DNA from: Thermodesulfobacteriota bacterium
Lineage (GTDB): Bacteria; Desulfobacterota_D; UBA1144; Nemesobacterales; Nemesobacteraceae
Direction: 5' to 3'
Assembly: GCA_965202785.1 (NCBI GenBank)
Contig: OZ241855.1
Span: forward strand, 832,001 to 896,000
DNA length: 64,000 nucleotides
Made by a program: the position numbers and the translations under genes
In this document: positions 41,549-51,713 of the stretch, piece after piece
How the letters are laid out: the number at the start of each line of letters is the position of its first letter
Position numbering within the stretch: the first letter of the stretch is position 1
The notes under the pieces: generated by a model
What the model was told of the DNA's origin: nothing
Seen by the model: only the letters and a program-made list of their open reading frames with translations
Databases searched by the model: none

Positions 41549-41932
41549 TCAGTTTTCCAAATGATACGCCCGTTTGACCTTCCCGACTTTGTGTACGATA
41601 CCCTGTAAGGCCCGGAACTTACCGTCTTTTTCGATCACGAGAAAATCAAGGTCGAAATAGATGCCGTTGCGATCGTGGAAATCCGCGCAACTGACGTAGT
41701 AATCGGCCTTTTTAACGATTCCTTCATGCAGCTTTGTGAGCTTGAGCTTTAGGAGGTCGCCCGTGATTGCGTCATACAGGACATAATGTCCGTTCACCGT
41801 GTTGTGGTCAATATGCTCCTGCATCGCTGTCTGGATGCCGCGGCGTCTGTCTCCTTTTATACTTGGGTCGTCGGCGGCAAAGGCTGTGAGGGTGAAAGCC
41901 AGAAAAACCAGTATTCCCATTATGCTCTTCAT
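41549..41932 (-). CDS. Small secreted protein of unknown function
   Basis: AAAGGAGA RBS, signal peptide ending AFA, SCADF...DLDF; first gene of the ECF operon. Confidence 0.75.
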   Translation of the reverse strand: MKSIMGILVFLAFTLTAFAADDPSIKGDRRRGIQTAMQEHIDHNTVNGHYVLYDAITGDLLKLKLTKLHEGIVKKADYYVSCADFHDRNGIYFDLDFLVIEKDGKFRALQGIVHKVGKVKRAYHLEN

Positions 41933-41950
41933 ATTGAATATCTCCTTTAA

Positions 41951-42003
41951 AGTGTGTACTCACTTAGTAAAGACGAACGGGATGCTGCTGTGATTGCATC
42001 GAG
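41951..42003 (-). promoter_or_regulatory. 53-bp repeat, copy 2; putative ECF autoregulatory promoter
   Basis: Minus strand TGCAAT-N17-CGTCT directly upstream of the operon RBS. Confidence 0.7.
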
Positions 42004-42095
42004 CGGTCAACAGCAACTATTTTTTTTGTCGAAACTGTTGCATTTGTAAAAACTGTTCCTATAATCTATGTAAAATTTTTTTCAGGGGGGACCAA

Positions 42096-42269
42096 ATGGC
42101 TAATAGAAGAAATGATAAGAAAGTAAGAGATCTTGTCGAGATGATGCAAGATCCCGAAGGTTCCGGCTACATCGGAAGCGACTGCGACACCATGGAACTT
42201 TACGAGCAGGAACTTGAGGAGATGGAGGGGGCCGACAGCTTTTACGACGGGGAACTTGATTTCAACTGA
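42096..42269 (+). CDS. Small acidic hypothetical protein (57 aa)
   Basis: AGGGGG RBS; TTGCAT-N16-TATAAT upstream; MANRRNDKK...GELDFN. Confidence 0.55.
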   Translation: MANRRNDKKVRDLVEMMQDPEGSGYIGSDCDTMELYEQELEEMEGADSFYDGELDFN

Positions 42270-44158
42270 GCTTCCTGCTCAAGCCCCCGCGTTTTCCTGA
42301 TATGAACAAGCAGTACTGATATAGCGGCGGGAGTTATGCCCGAAACCCGACTTGCCTGCCCTACGGATTCGGGTTTTACTCTTGAGAGTTTCTGAACAAT
42401 TTCGTTTGAAAGTCCCGGAATGTTTTTGTACTCAAAGGTTTCCGGGATTTTCATATTCTCGAATTTCTGCAATTTCCCGACTTCTTCTCTCTGCCTTTTT
42501 ATGTAACCTTCGTATTTTACTTCCATCTCTATCTGCCCACCGAGTTTCGGGGAGATGTCCGGATTCGCTGCGGAGTCTATAAAGCCCAGCATTTCATACG
42601 TGAAACCGGGCCTTCTGAGTATCTCTTTTAGACTCTGGGGCTTTTTGATTCTCTGGGAACCGAGATTCTCGAGAATCTTGTTTGTTTTCTCGTTTGGAAC
42701 CACCTTCTCGCTCTCAAGCCTTGCGAGTTCGTTCTCAAGCGCGGTTTTCCTGATGCGAAATTCCTCGATCCGCTCGTCGCTGAGAAGCCCTATGGAGTGT
42801 CCAAGCTCCCCGAGTCTTAAGTCGGCATTGTCCTCCCTCAGTATAAGCCTGTACTCTGCCCTTGAGGTGAACATCCTGTAGGGCTCATCGACTCCTTTTG
42901 TGACCAGGTCATCAATCAGAATTCCTATGTAGGCCTCCGAGCGTCCGAGCACGAAAGGATCTTTCCCCTTTACCCGAAGCGCCGCGTTTATTCCCGCTAT
43001 CAGTCCCTGGCTTGCCGCCTCCTCGTAGCCCGTGGTCCCGTTTACCTGTCCCGCGAAAAATATGTTTTCAAGAAGTTTTGATTCAAGAGTGGCAGCAAGC
43101 TGCGTGGGGTCGAGAAAGTCGTATTCGACTGCGTATCCCGGCCTCATTATTTCCACGTTGCGAAGTCCTTCCATGGTTCTTGAGAACTCGTGCTGAACTT
43201 CAATGGGAAGGCTGGTTGAAATTCCGTTGGGATAGATTTCGTAAGTATTTCTTCCCTCAGGTTCGAGAAATATCTGGTGGCGGTTCCGATCGGGAAACTT
43301 GACTACCTTGTCTTCTATCGAGGGGCAGTACCTTGGTCCTATTCCCTTTATGAGGCCGGAGTAAAGAGGGGACTTGTCGATGTTTTCGTTTATAACGCGG
43401 TGGGTTTCCTCGTTAGTGTAGGTGATGTAGCACGGCATCTGCTCAGTCGTGATTTCTCCGGCGGAAAAGGAAAAGGGTACGGGGTCCTCGTCCCCGTCCT
43501 GCCTCTCAAGCTTGTCCCACTCGATGGTCCTTCCGTCAAAGCGCGGAGGAGTTCCGGTTTTGAGCCTGCCTGTAGTGAAACCCAGCTCCGCGAAGGAATT
43601 CGATATGGCTCCCGCGGCGGCTTCCCCCGCGCGGCCGGACGAAATCCGCGTAAGGCCTATGTGTATGAGTCCACCGGGAAAAGTTCCAGGGGTAACCACG
43701 ACGGTATCTGAAAAAAATCTTTCCCCGAGGGCGGTCTTAACCCCCGCGACTTTCTTGCCGTCAACCAGAAACTCCTCGACCATCGCCTGTTTTATCTCTA
43801 TATTCGCTTCGCTCTCAAGAGCCTTTTTCATGTAGGTTCTGTAGCTCTGGCGGTCGGCCTGTATTCTGGTTGCCTGCACCGCCGCTCCCTTCCGGGTGTT
43901 GAGTCTCCTGAACTGTATGGCCGCGGTGTCTGCGGCTTTCCCCATTTCTCCGCCCAGTGCGTCTATTTCCTTTACAAGGTGACCTTTTCCGACACCCCCT
44001 ATTGAAGGATTGCACGACATAAGTCCGATTGTGTCTATGTTCGCCGTGAGAACCAGGGTCGTACAGCCCATCCTTGCCGCGGCGAGTGCCGCCTCGCAGC
44101 CCGCATGGCCGGCTCCGATCACTATCACTTCGTATTTTTTTGAACTTATAAGAGACAT
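42242..44158 (-). CDS. mnmG: tRNA uridine-5-carboxymethylaminomethyl modification enzyme
   Basis: GAGHAGCEAA, MSCNPSIGG, GPRYCPSIEDK, GQVNGTTGYEEAA. Confidence 0.98.
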   Translation of the reverse strand: MSLISSKKYEVIVIGAGHAGCEAALAAARMGCTTLVLTANIDTIGLMSCNPSIGGVGKGHLVKEIDALGGEMGKAADTAAIQFRRLNTRKGAAVQATRIQADRQSYRTYMKKALESEANIEIKQAMVEEFLVDGKKVAGVKTALGERFFSDTVVVTPGTFPGGLIHIGLTRISSGRAGEAAAGAISNSFAELGFTTGRLKTGTPPRFDGRTIEWDKLERQDGDEDPVPFSFSAGEITTEQMPCYITYTNEETHRVINENIDKSPLYSGLIKGIGPRYCPSIEDKVVKFPDRNRHQIFLEPEGRNTYEIYPNGISTSLPIEVQHEFSRTMEGLRNVEIMRPGYAVEYDFLDPTQLAATLESKLLENIFFAGQVNGTTGYEEAASQGLIAGINAALRVKGKDPFVLGRSEAYIGILIDDLVTKGVDEPYRMFTSRAEYRLILREDNADLRLGELGHSIGLLSDERIEEFRIRKTALENELARLESEKVVPNEKTNKILENLGSQRIKKPQSLKEILRRPGFTYEMLGFIDSAANPDISPKLGGQIEMEVKYEGYIKRQREEVGKLQKFENMKIPETFEYKNIPGLSNEIVQKLSRVKPESVGQASRVSGITPAAISVLLVHIRKTRGLEQEAQLKSSSPS

Positions 44159-44284
44159 TTTTCTAAATCACCTGAGTGATTTCCAACGCCAATTATAACC
44201 GCCAAACCTCGACGGATAAACGGGGAAAAGCCTTTGGAACTTTTTTCCTAGAACCTCTTCAGGACTTTAACCGAGAGGTGACTA

Positions 44285-44992
44285 TTAGCTACAAAACTGC
44301 GAGAAGATGCTTTCAATTTTTTCTTCGCTCGCTTCACGTGTAAACAGTGTGAATCTGGATAAGTGCGGGAGCCTTAAAAGTTTGGTTTGGGCCTTATCGC
44401 CGAACTCGATAATATCTGCTGTGTAGTCACCCCAACCTGTTTGCAGCTTGTACGATTTTCTCTCGGGCAACTTATAGACGTTTTCAATTATTTTTCTGAT
44501 GCGTTCTCTAGTTTCTGTATTAATACACACAAATAGCCTCGGCTGAACAGATGTGAGTATTTCCGACCATATTTTCTCTCCGAAATCAAATGCCTCTTTC
44601 TTGTTTTCTAGGTTCTCTAGATTTGGAGACCTGAAAGGTACAAAGTGTCCGGATAAAGTGGATTCTATAAGTTCGCGTTTGTTACCAGGATAATTTATTT
44701 TTTTGTGGATTTTTCCAAACATTTTTTGAATTTGTATTTGTAGCTTGCTCTCCCCTGGCTTCTTGCCGCCCCAGCTTTCATCTAAGTAGGGACTGCCTTC
44801 CTCGCAACTGGGGGAGGGGTGGTCGTGGCGTATTCTGCTCCCGCCTGGATTCAATGTAATAAAGGCTATCTCAGGATTGTCTTTCAAGACGGACTTTGAG
44901 CAAGTCAAGAATCTCCAACCAAGTTCATAGCTATGTTCTTGATAGAAGTTCTTTATTTGTTCTACTGTGTCTTGGAAAATATCCTTCGACAT
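44285..44992 (-). CDS. Divergent uracil-DNA-glycosylase-fold protein
   Basis: FITLNPGG (motif A-like), FVPFRS, PRLFVC, LPHLSRF (motif B-like); AT-richer than its neighbours. Confidence 0.6.
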   Translation of the reverse strand: MSKDIFQDTVEQIKNFYQEHSYELGWRFLTCSKSVLKDNPEIAFITLNPGGSRIRHDHPSPSCEEGSPYLDESWGGKKPGESKLQIQIQKMFGKIHKKINYPGNKRELIESTLSGHFVPFRSPNLENLENKKEAFDFGEKIWSEILTSVQPRLFVCINTETRERIRKIIENVYKLPERKSYKLQTGWGDYTADIIEFGDKAQTKLLRLPHLSRFTLFTREASEEKIESIFSQFCS

Positions 44993-45117
44993 TTTGCTTG
45001 GATATTATACACAGCTAGGGTGTTCGTGGGATAAAACTTAGGATATTTCAATGGAAATTGTGCTTCTTTTGCGCTTTAAAATTGACCGAACTATGCGAAA
45101 TTGTTAAAATTTTGAAA

Positions 45118-46221
45118 ATGATTTCTTCTCAATTCTCAGAATTTGTATCTTCAGTTAAAGACAAACTTGGGAAAAATGTCTACGAGAACGAGGCTACGGT
45201 CAGCATGATGATAGTTCTGCCCGTTCTTAAGCATTTGGGCTGGCCAGCGGACAACCCTTCGTATGTATGCCCCGAGTATCGGCTCCAAGGGCGTAAGGTT
45301 GATTACGGTCTCAAGATATCCGAGGGCAAGGAAGAGGGTTTGCGATGCATAATAGAGGTTAAGGCCGTAGGAAATATAGTGGAAGCAGACCGCCAGCTTT
45401 TTGAGTATGCGTTTCACGCTGGCACGCCTCTGGCAATTCTTACTGACGGAAAACTGTGGAGATTCTATCTGCCCCTTGCCGCCGGGAAATATAAGGAAAG
45501 GCTTGTACGCACTCTTGATTTCGAGGAACACTCAATTGAGGAATTGGGTGAGGGGTTAGTGCGTTATGTTTCCTTTGATAATACGCGTTCGGGGCAGGCC
45601 AAGAAAAACGCGGAGAACGACCTTGATAAACGTATTGCCAAAGATGAGGCGAAGAAAAACATTTCAACTGCTTGGGAGAATCTGCTGGGTGGAGCTTCCG
45701 ATAAGCTCGTTAATCTTTTGATTGAGGAAACATCGCTGATTTCATCCGCTCCAGAGAGATCGGACGTGGAGAAGTTTTTGAAGAATTTCAGAAACGCTGA
45801 ACGAAGACAAGAGACTCCTCCCGAGATAAAACCGCGCAAGAAAAAGAAACACTGGTCTGAGGATCCTGCGGAGAGGAAGAAGAAAAACAAGAAACCTTCT
45901 TTTTTCCTTTTGGGCCGAGAGTACAGGGATGAAAAAAACGTAACTTCCGCATTCGTGAAAATCTTTGAAATTCTTGCCGAGCGGGATGGAACCTTCCTAG
46001 CGCGCTTAGCTCCAGAACTTGCGGGCAGGAAAAACAAACGCCTATCTCGAAATCTCACGGACCTGGGAGATATTGGCAGTAAAGTGGCCAAGCGATTCCC
46101 CGGGGGGTGGTGGTTAAGCACCCATTCGTCAACTGATGGGAAAATCTCTATTTTGCGAAAAGTCTGCAAAGTCGCAGAAATTCCTTTCGGGAAACCCGGT
46201 GGACTTAAAGTCGATTTTTGA
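45118..46221 (+). CDS. HsdR_N-type PD-(D/E)xK nuclease with SeqA-C-like C-terminal domain
   Basis: PEY...VDYGL...IEVK...QLFEY...ILTDGKLWRFY; C-terminal GRKNKRLS...WWLSTHSSTDGK; no helicase motifs. Confidence 0.75.
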   Translation: MISSQFSEFVSSVKDKLGKNVYENEATVSMMIVLPVLKHLGWPADNPSYVCPEYRLQGRKVDYGLKISEGKEEGLRCIIEVKAVGNIVEADRQLFEYAFHAGTPLAILTDGKLWRFYLPLAAGKYKERLVRTLDFEEHSIEELGEGLVRYVSFDNTRSGQAKKNAENDLDKRIAKDEAKKNISTAWENLLGGASDKLVNLLIEETSLISSAPERSDVEKFLKNFRNAERRQETPPEIKPRKKKKHWSEDPAERKKKNKKPSFFLLGREYRDEKNVTSAFVKIFEILAERDGTFLARLAPELAGRKNKRLSRNLTDLGDIGSKVAKRFPGGWWLSTHSSTDGKISILRKVCKVAEIPFGKPGGLKVDF

Positions 46222-46363
46222 CCTGAGTCGCCAAGCAAATTCCTCAACCTAACGCTAGCCTCCCCGTTTTGTTGAATTTGCTGGTGCTAGTATTATATTT
46301 TCCTGTATAGCATAAACTTGGTTTTCAAAAGAAACGGAAATATTTCGGAGGCATTTATAGAAA

Positions 46364-47227
46364 ATGAATACTCTTAAAAGTCTTTTTCTGCTCGCTTTTC
46401 TCTCTGCCATTCTGGTTTGGGTAGGGGGCATGATAGGGGGCAAAAATGGTGCTTTGATAGCACTTGTTCTCGCGGGAGTTATGAATTTCGTGAGCTACTG
46501 GTGGAGCGACAAGATCGTTCTCAAGATGTACAAAGCAAGCGAGGTCGGAAGGGACAACGCGCCTGACCTCTACTCCGATGTCGAGGAACTTGCCCAGATA
46601 GCGGGACTTCCAATGCCTCGTGTCTACATAATCCCCGAACAGGCCCCGAATGCCTTTGCCACGGGCCGGGACCCTCACCACTCAGCCGTTGCGGTTACTC
46701 AGGGAATCATGCGTCTTTTGAACAGGAACGAACTTAAAGGCGTAATTGCTCATGAGCTTGCCCATATAAAAAACAGAGACATCCTGATCGGTTCCGTGGC
46801 GGCGACAATCGCCGGCGCTATCACCTATCTTGCCTACATGGCGCAGTTTGCAGCCATTTTCGGAGGAGGGGGAGGAGACAGAAGAGGCGGAGGGATGCTG
46901 GGACTTCTGGCTATGGCCATTATCGCCCCGATGGCGGCAATGATCGTGAGGATGGCCATATCGAGGACCAGAGAATTCGGAGCGGACAAGACCGGGGCCG
47001 AGATATGCGGAAATCCGCTCTATCTTGCCGGCGCGCTCAGGAAGCTGCAGGCGGGAGCCTCGAGAGTTCCACTGCAGGTAAGCGAGCAGGCGGCTGAGAG
47101 CACGGCTCATATGATGATAGTGAGCCCGATGATCGGGGGAGGTTTCGCAAAGCTTTTCAGCACCCATCCTCCTACGGAAGAGAGAGTCGCACGGCTTGAA
47201 GCGATGGTCGGCGGTGCTTCCCTTTAA
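46364..47227 (+). CDS. htpX: Zinc metalloprotease HtpX
   Basis: [30 protein letters not shown]. Confidence 0.96.
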   Translation: MNTLKSLFLLAFLSAILVWVGGMIGGKNGALIALVLAGVMNFVSYWWSDKIVLKMYKASEVGRDNAPDLYSDVEELAQIAGLPMPRVYIIPEQAPNAFATGRDPHHSAVAVTQGIMRLLNRNELKGVIAHELAHIKNRDILIGSVAATIAGAITYLAYMAQFAAIFGGGGGDRRGGGMLGLLAMAIIAPMAAMIVRMAISRTREFGADKTGAEICGNPLYLAGALRKLQAGASRVPLQVSEQAAESTAHMMIVSPMIGGGFAKLFSTHPPTEERVARLEAMVGGASL

Positions 47228-47259
47228 ACCGGAAGAGAAGACTCTTTGAAAAGGAGCAC

Positions 47260-47976
47260 ATGAAGGCACGACCGCTTATCGGCATAACGACTGACCTTGA
47301 GGACAAATCAAACTTTATAGAATCCGCCTATTCGAAGGCGGTTGAATTCTACGGTGGCGCCCCGGTTCTTATTCCCACGGTTGCCGAAGCTTCAAACTCG
47401 GATTTTCTGTTCAATATAATCTCCGCAGTCAATGGGCTTTTGATACCGGGTTCCAGGGACATGGACCCGAAGTTCTACGGTGAATCCCCGCATCCTGCCA
47501 TAAACCCCATGAGTCCCGAGAGAACGGAAACGGAATTCAGCGTTCTTGGCCTTGCTCTCGAAAAAGACATACCGGTTTTGGGGATATGCGGAGGCATGCA
47601 GTTCATAAATGTTTTCCGCGGAGGTTCGATACACCAGGACATAAAAGCGCTTCTGCCCGACGCGCTTTGTCACGAAGGGGGCGAGGTTCACGATGTCACG
47701 GTTCTTCCAGACACGGTATTCGGCGGTTTCACGGAAGAAAAGGAATTCGAGATAAAGAGCTACCACCATCAGGCAATAAACAGGGTTGGAGAGGATCTTA
47801 GGGTAAACGCCTTGGCCCCGGACGGAATAGTGGAGGGGTTTGAGTCGGCCGACGGCCGTATCATGGGTTTTCAGTGGCATCCCGAGCTTGAGCGGACCCG
47901 CCTGTCCGAACTGATTTTCACCCGGTTCCTCTCCGAGGCAGCACGGACGGCGGACGGCTCCCCTAGTATCGGGTAA
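47260..47976 (+). CDS. Gamma-glutamyl-gamma-aminobutyrate hydrolase family (peptidase C26)
   Basis: PLIGIT, LGICGGMQ, SYHHQA, QWHPE. Confidence 0.9.
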   Translation: MKARPLIGITTDLEDKSNFIESAYSKAVEFYGGAPVLIPTVAEASNSDFLFNIISAVNGLLIPGSRDMDPKFYGESPHPAINPMSPERTETEFSVLGLALEKDIPVLGICGGMQFINVFRGGSIHQDIKALLPDALCHEGGEVHDVTVLPDTVFGGFTEEKEFEIKSYHHQAINRVGEDLRVNALAPDGIVEGFESADGRIMGFQWHPELERTRLSELIFTRFLSEAARTADGSPSIG

Positions 47977-48012
47977 TTTTATCTGCGTATTTTCCCCCGG
48001 GGAGCCTTCAAA

Positions 48013-50835
48013 TTGAAGTTCATTAGCATAATAGGTGCGCGGGAGCACAATCTCAAGAACATAGACGTCAAGATACCGAGGCGCAGCTTCACTGTTGTCA
48101 CGGGAGTGAGTGGTTCGGGGAAATCTTCTCTGGTTTTCGACATACTTTTTGCCGAGGCGCAGAGAAGATTCATGGAGTCGCTCTCCTCCTACGCCAGGCA
48201 GTTTGTCGAGAAGCTTGACAAGCCGGATGTCGATTTCGTCGAAGGCCTTTCTCCGTCTGTTTCGGTTGATCAGAAGACCTTTCACAGAAACCCACGCTCG
48301 ACCGTCGGGACCATAACGGAGATATATGACTACATGCGCGTGCTTTTCTCCGTGGTCGGAGAGCCGCACTGCTATGAGTGCGGCGAGGAAATATCCTCCC
48401 AGACCCCCTCTAGCATGATCGAGAGAATCTGCAAGGAAGCGGGCAGAAAACCCGTGTCCGTATATTCTCCGGTAGTTCAGGGAAGAAAAGGGATATACAG
48501 AAAAGAGCTTGAGGACATGAGGAGGGAGGGTTTCGTCAGGGTTAGAATCGACGGAGAGACCTACGACCTTGAAGACGACATAGAGCTTTCCCGCAACAAA
48601 AAGCACACTATCGAACTTCTGGTGGACAATATCGTTTTGCGCGGGGAGAGTTCGGAAAAAAGACTCTCAGACGCGGTTTCCCTTGCCCTTAAAAGATCGG
48701 GCGGGCTTTTGAAATGCGAGATCGAAGGTGGGAAGATTCTCACTTTCAGCGAACATTTTTCCTGTCCCCGCTGCGCGATAAACTACCCGGAGATATCCCC
48801 TAGGCTTTTCTCCTTTAACAGTCCCTACGGCGCATGCGTGAACTGCCAGGGGCTTGGATTCGAAACGTTTTTCGATCCCGAACTCATAGTGGAAGATCCC
48901 GGTAAGTCCCTTTGCGAAGGAGCGATCAAGCCATTTGAGGATTCAAAATATGTTGCCCGTATACTCGAGGGGCTCTCCGAGCATTACGGGTTTTCACTCG
49001 ACGTCCCGTTTTCCCGACTCTCCTCTCTGCACAGACAAAAAGTACTCTACGGCTCCGGGACGGAGAATATAAGCTTCAGGAAGGCGAGGAGGGGGAGGCA
49101 AAGGGAATACACCGCGACTTTCCCCGGAATCGTCGGCATGCTTACGGAATGGTACTCGCAGACCAATTCTGAAGAGCTTAGGGAAAAACTCTCAAAATAC
49201 ATGAGAACGGTTCCGTGCAGAGAGTGCGACGGATCCAGGCTCAACAAAATCGCCCTTTCCGTGCTTTTCAGGGGAAAGAACATATCGAATCTTGCCGGTA
49301 TGGCGGTTTGCGATCTCATACCTTGTTTCGAGTCGCTTGAGCTTTCCGAGAGGGAGAGAAAGATCGCGGGGGAGATAATAAAAGAGATATCCTCCCGCCT
49401 CGGTTTTCTCGGGGACATAGGGCTTGGCTACGTGAGTCTTGACCGCACGGCTCCGACCCTTTCGGGCGGAGAGGCTCAGAGGGTGAGGCTCGCAACCCAG
49501 GTGGGGTCGAAACTTACGGGAATAACGTACGTGCTCGACGAGCCTTCAATAGGACTTCACCCGAAGGATAACAAAAAGCTCGTTGAGACGCTAAAGAGCA
49601 TAAGGGACATGGGAAACACCGTAATCGTCGTTGAGCATGACGAGGAAACCATAAAAAGCGCAGATTTCGTGCTCGACGTCGGTCCGGGAGCAGGGGAACT
49701 CGGAGGGGAGGTTGTCTGCTCTGGGAGCGTCGGGAGGATCTCCCGGTGTGCCGGTTCGGTTACCGGAAGATATCTTTCGGGCAAAAAGAAGATCCCGGTG
49801 CCCGGCTCAAGACGCTCCTCCGGCACCCGGGTCGGGATTCGGGGGGCTTTCGGGAACAACCTTAGGAAAATTGACGTCGATTTTCCCCTCGGGACGTTCA
49901 TATGCGTCACAGGAGTTTCCGGTTCGGGAAAAAGCACCCTCGTTGTTGACACCCTTTATAACGGCCTGTCAAGGAAGCTTAACCGGAGCAAAAACCGTGC
50001 GGCTCCACACGAAGAAATCATCGGCACCGAAAATCTGGACAAGGTCATCAAGGTTGATCAGAGCCCGATAGGCAGAACCCCCAGATCGAATCCCGCTACC
50101 TACACCGGTGTGCTCACTGAGATAAGAAAAATCTTCTCCATGCTTCCAGAGTCGAAGGTGATGGGATACGGGCCGGGCAGGTTCAGCTTCAATCTTTCCC
50201 AAGGAAGTTGTGCGGGTTGCAGGGGAAGCGGAACTGTCAGGATCGAGATGCACTTTCTTCCCGATGTTTACGTTACGTGCGAGGTGTGCGGAGGAAGGAG
50301 GTACAATGACGAGACCTTGGCGATCAAGTACAAGGGAAGGAACATATCGGACGTTCTTGAGATGAATATAAAAGAGGCGGCGGATTTTTTTGAGAACATA
50401 CCAAAGATTTCAGGAAAGCTCAGGGTGCTGAACGACGTCGGCCTCGGTTACGTGAGACTCGGGCAGCGGGTAACTACTCTTTCCGGAGGGGAGGCGCAGC
50501 GCATAAAGCTTGCGAGAGAACTTGGAAAAAAAACCTCTGGAAAAACTCTCTACATACTTGACGAACCGTCGGTCGGGCTTCATTTCGATGATATACAGAA
50601 GCTCGTTTCGGTAATACAAAGACTCGTGGACCTAGGAAACACCGTGGTTGTCATAGAGCATAATCTTGACATCATAAAGTGCGCGGACCATGTGATTGAT
50701 CTCGGTCCTGGGGGCGGAGAGGACGGAGGAGGGCTTGTGGCCTGCGGCACCCCAGAGGAGATATGCGGGGTAAGCGGTTCGCACACGGCTTTTTATCTTA
50801 GAGGTGTTTTAGAAAACGGGATTGCAGGGAGTTAA
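48013..50835 (+). CDS. uvrA: Excinuclease ABC subunit A
   Basis: [10 protein letters not shown], two GVSGSGKS, two LSGGEAQR, zinc fingers. Confidence 0.98.
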   Translation: MKFISIIGAREHNLKNIDVKIPRRSFTVVTGVSGSGKSSLVFDILFAEAQRRFMESLSSYARQFVEKLDKPDVDFVEGLSPSVSVDQKTFHRNPRSTVGTITEIYDYMRVLFSVVGEPHCYECGEEISSQTPSSMIERICKEAGRKPVSVYSPVVQGRKGIYRKELEDMRREGFVRVRIDGETYDLEDDIELSRNKKHTIELLVDNIVLRGESSEKRLSDAVSLALKRSGGLLKCEIEGGKILTFSEHFSCPRCAINYPEISPRLFSFNSPYGACVNCQGLGFETFFDPELIVEDPGKSLCEGAIKPFEDSKYVARILEGLSEHYGFSLDVPFSRLSSLHRQKVLYGSGTENISFRKARRGRQREYTATFPGIVGMLTEWYSQTNSEELREKLSKYMRTVPCRECDGSRLNKIALSVLFRGKNISNLAGMAVCDLIPCFESLELSERERKIAGEIIKEISSRLGFLGDIGLGYVSLDRTAPTLSGGEAQRVRLATQVGSKLTGITYVLDEPSIGLHPKDNKKLVETLKSIRDMGNTVIVVEHDEETIKSADFVLDVGPGAGELGGEVVCSGSVGRISRCAGSVTGRYLSGKKKIPVPGSRRSSGTRVGIRGAFGNNLRKIDVDFPLGTFICVTGVSGSGKSTLVVDTLYNGLSRKLNRSKNRAAPHEEIIGTENLDKVIKVDQSPIGRTPRSNPATYTGVLTEIRKIFSMLPESKVMGYGPGRFSFNLSQGSCAGCRGSGTVRIEMHFLPDVYVTCEVCGGRRYNDETLAIKYKGRNISDVLEMNIKEAADFFENIPKISGKLRVLNDVGLGYVRLGQRVTTLSGGEAQRIKLARELGKKTSGKTLYILDEPSVGLHFDDIQKLVSVIQRLVDLGNTVVVIEHNLDIIKCADHVIDLGPGGGEDGGGLVACGTPEEICGVSGSHTAFYLRGVLENGIAGS

Positions 50836-50838
50836 AGA

Positions 50839-51642
50839 TTGGAGATAGCGCAGTCGATAGTCCTCGGCCTAATACAGGGGATAACCGAGTTTTTCCCCGT
50901 AAGCAGCACAGCTCACCTGTTTCTGGTTCCGTGGCTTTTTTCCTGGCAGGATCAGGGCCTGCCTTTCACGGTTGCGCTTCACGTAGGGAGCCTCTTTGCG
51001 ATCCTTTACTGCTTCAGGGGAGAGCTTGTGCTTATCATACGGGATTTTTTCTGCGGCTTGAGATCTTTTTCGTTTGATGGGCGCCAACATGGAAAAACTG
51101 GAGTCTATCTTGTGGTCGCTACCCTGCCTGCTGTTGCGGCAGGGTTTTTGTTCGAAGGTTATGTTTCAGGCGTGCTTCGCGACCCTGTTCTGGTTGCCGC
51201 CTTTCTTCTGGGCTTCGGGGTGCTTCTTTACATCTCCGACAGAAAGACGACCGCGAGTAAGACTATTTCCGACATGAACCTTGGCGACGCGCTTTTTTTC
51301 GGTGTGGCTCAGGCTCTTGCGATCCTGCCCGGAGCCTCAAGAGCGGGCGTTACGATTACCGGAGGGCTTTTCAGAAACTACAAAAGAGAAGAAGCCGCGC
51401 GCTTTTCATTTCTTCTGGCCATACCTGTCATAGTTGCGGCCGGGATTTTCGAGATAAGGCATATCGGATACACGGAGATGTTCAGATGGTCTTTCGTTCT
51501 CGGTGTAGCGACCTCTTTTCTGGCGGCTCTTTTTGCCATCCGATTTCTGCTGGGTTACGTGAAGACGAGATCATTCACTCTTTTTGTAGTCTACAGGGTA
51601 ATTCTTTCCATCGTCATAATTACGGTGTATTTGTGGGCGTAG
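50839..51642 (+). CDS. uppP: Undecaprenyl-diphosphate phosphatase
   Basis: QGITEFFPVSSTAH, PGASRAG, AARFSFLL. Confidence 0.95.
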   Translation: MEIAQSIVLGLIQGITEFFPVSSTAHLFLVPWLFSWQDQGLPFTVALHVGSLFAILYCFRGELVLIIRDFFCGLRSFSFDGRQHGKTGVYLVVATLPAVAAGFLFEGYVSGVLRDPVLVAAFLLGFGVLLYISDRKTTASKTISDMNLGDALFFGVAQALAILPGASRAGVTITGGLFRNYKREEAARFSFLLAIPVIVAAGIFEIRHIGYTEMFRWSFVLGVATSFLAALFAIRFLLGYVKTRSFTLFVVYRVILSIVIITVYLWA

Positions 51643-51713
51643 AAGACATTGTCTTCATGAGTCCGTCGGAGCGATAATTTTTTAAAAGGCTTCGATTAAA
51701 GCAACTCGGGGTT

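Noticed and set aside
36562-42003. tRNA-Arg-anchored genomic island
   Set aside because: No integrase and no duplicated tRNA 3' end was seen by eye.
45118-46221. Complete type I restriction-modification system
   Set aside because: Only the HsdR N-terminal nuclease domain is present; no helicase, hsdM or hsdS in the window.
47392-48606. Long antisense ORFs (also 26484..27539, 61609..62490, 7763..8560)
   Set aside because: They overlap well-supported genes on the opposite strand and have no motifs.
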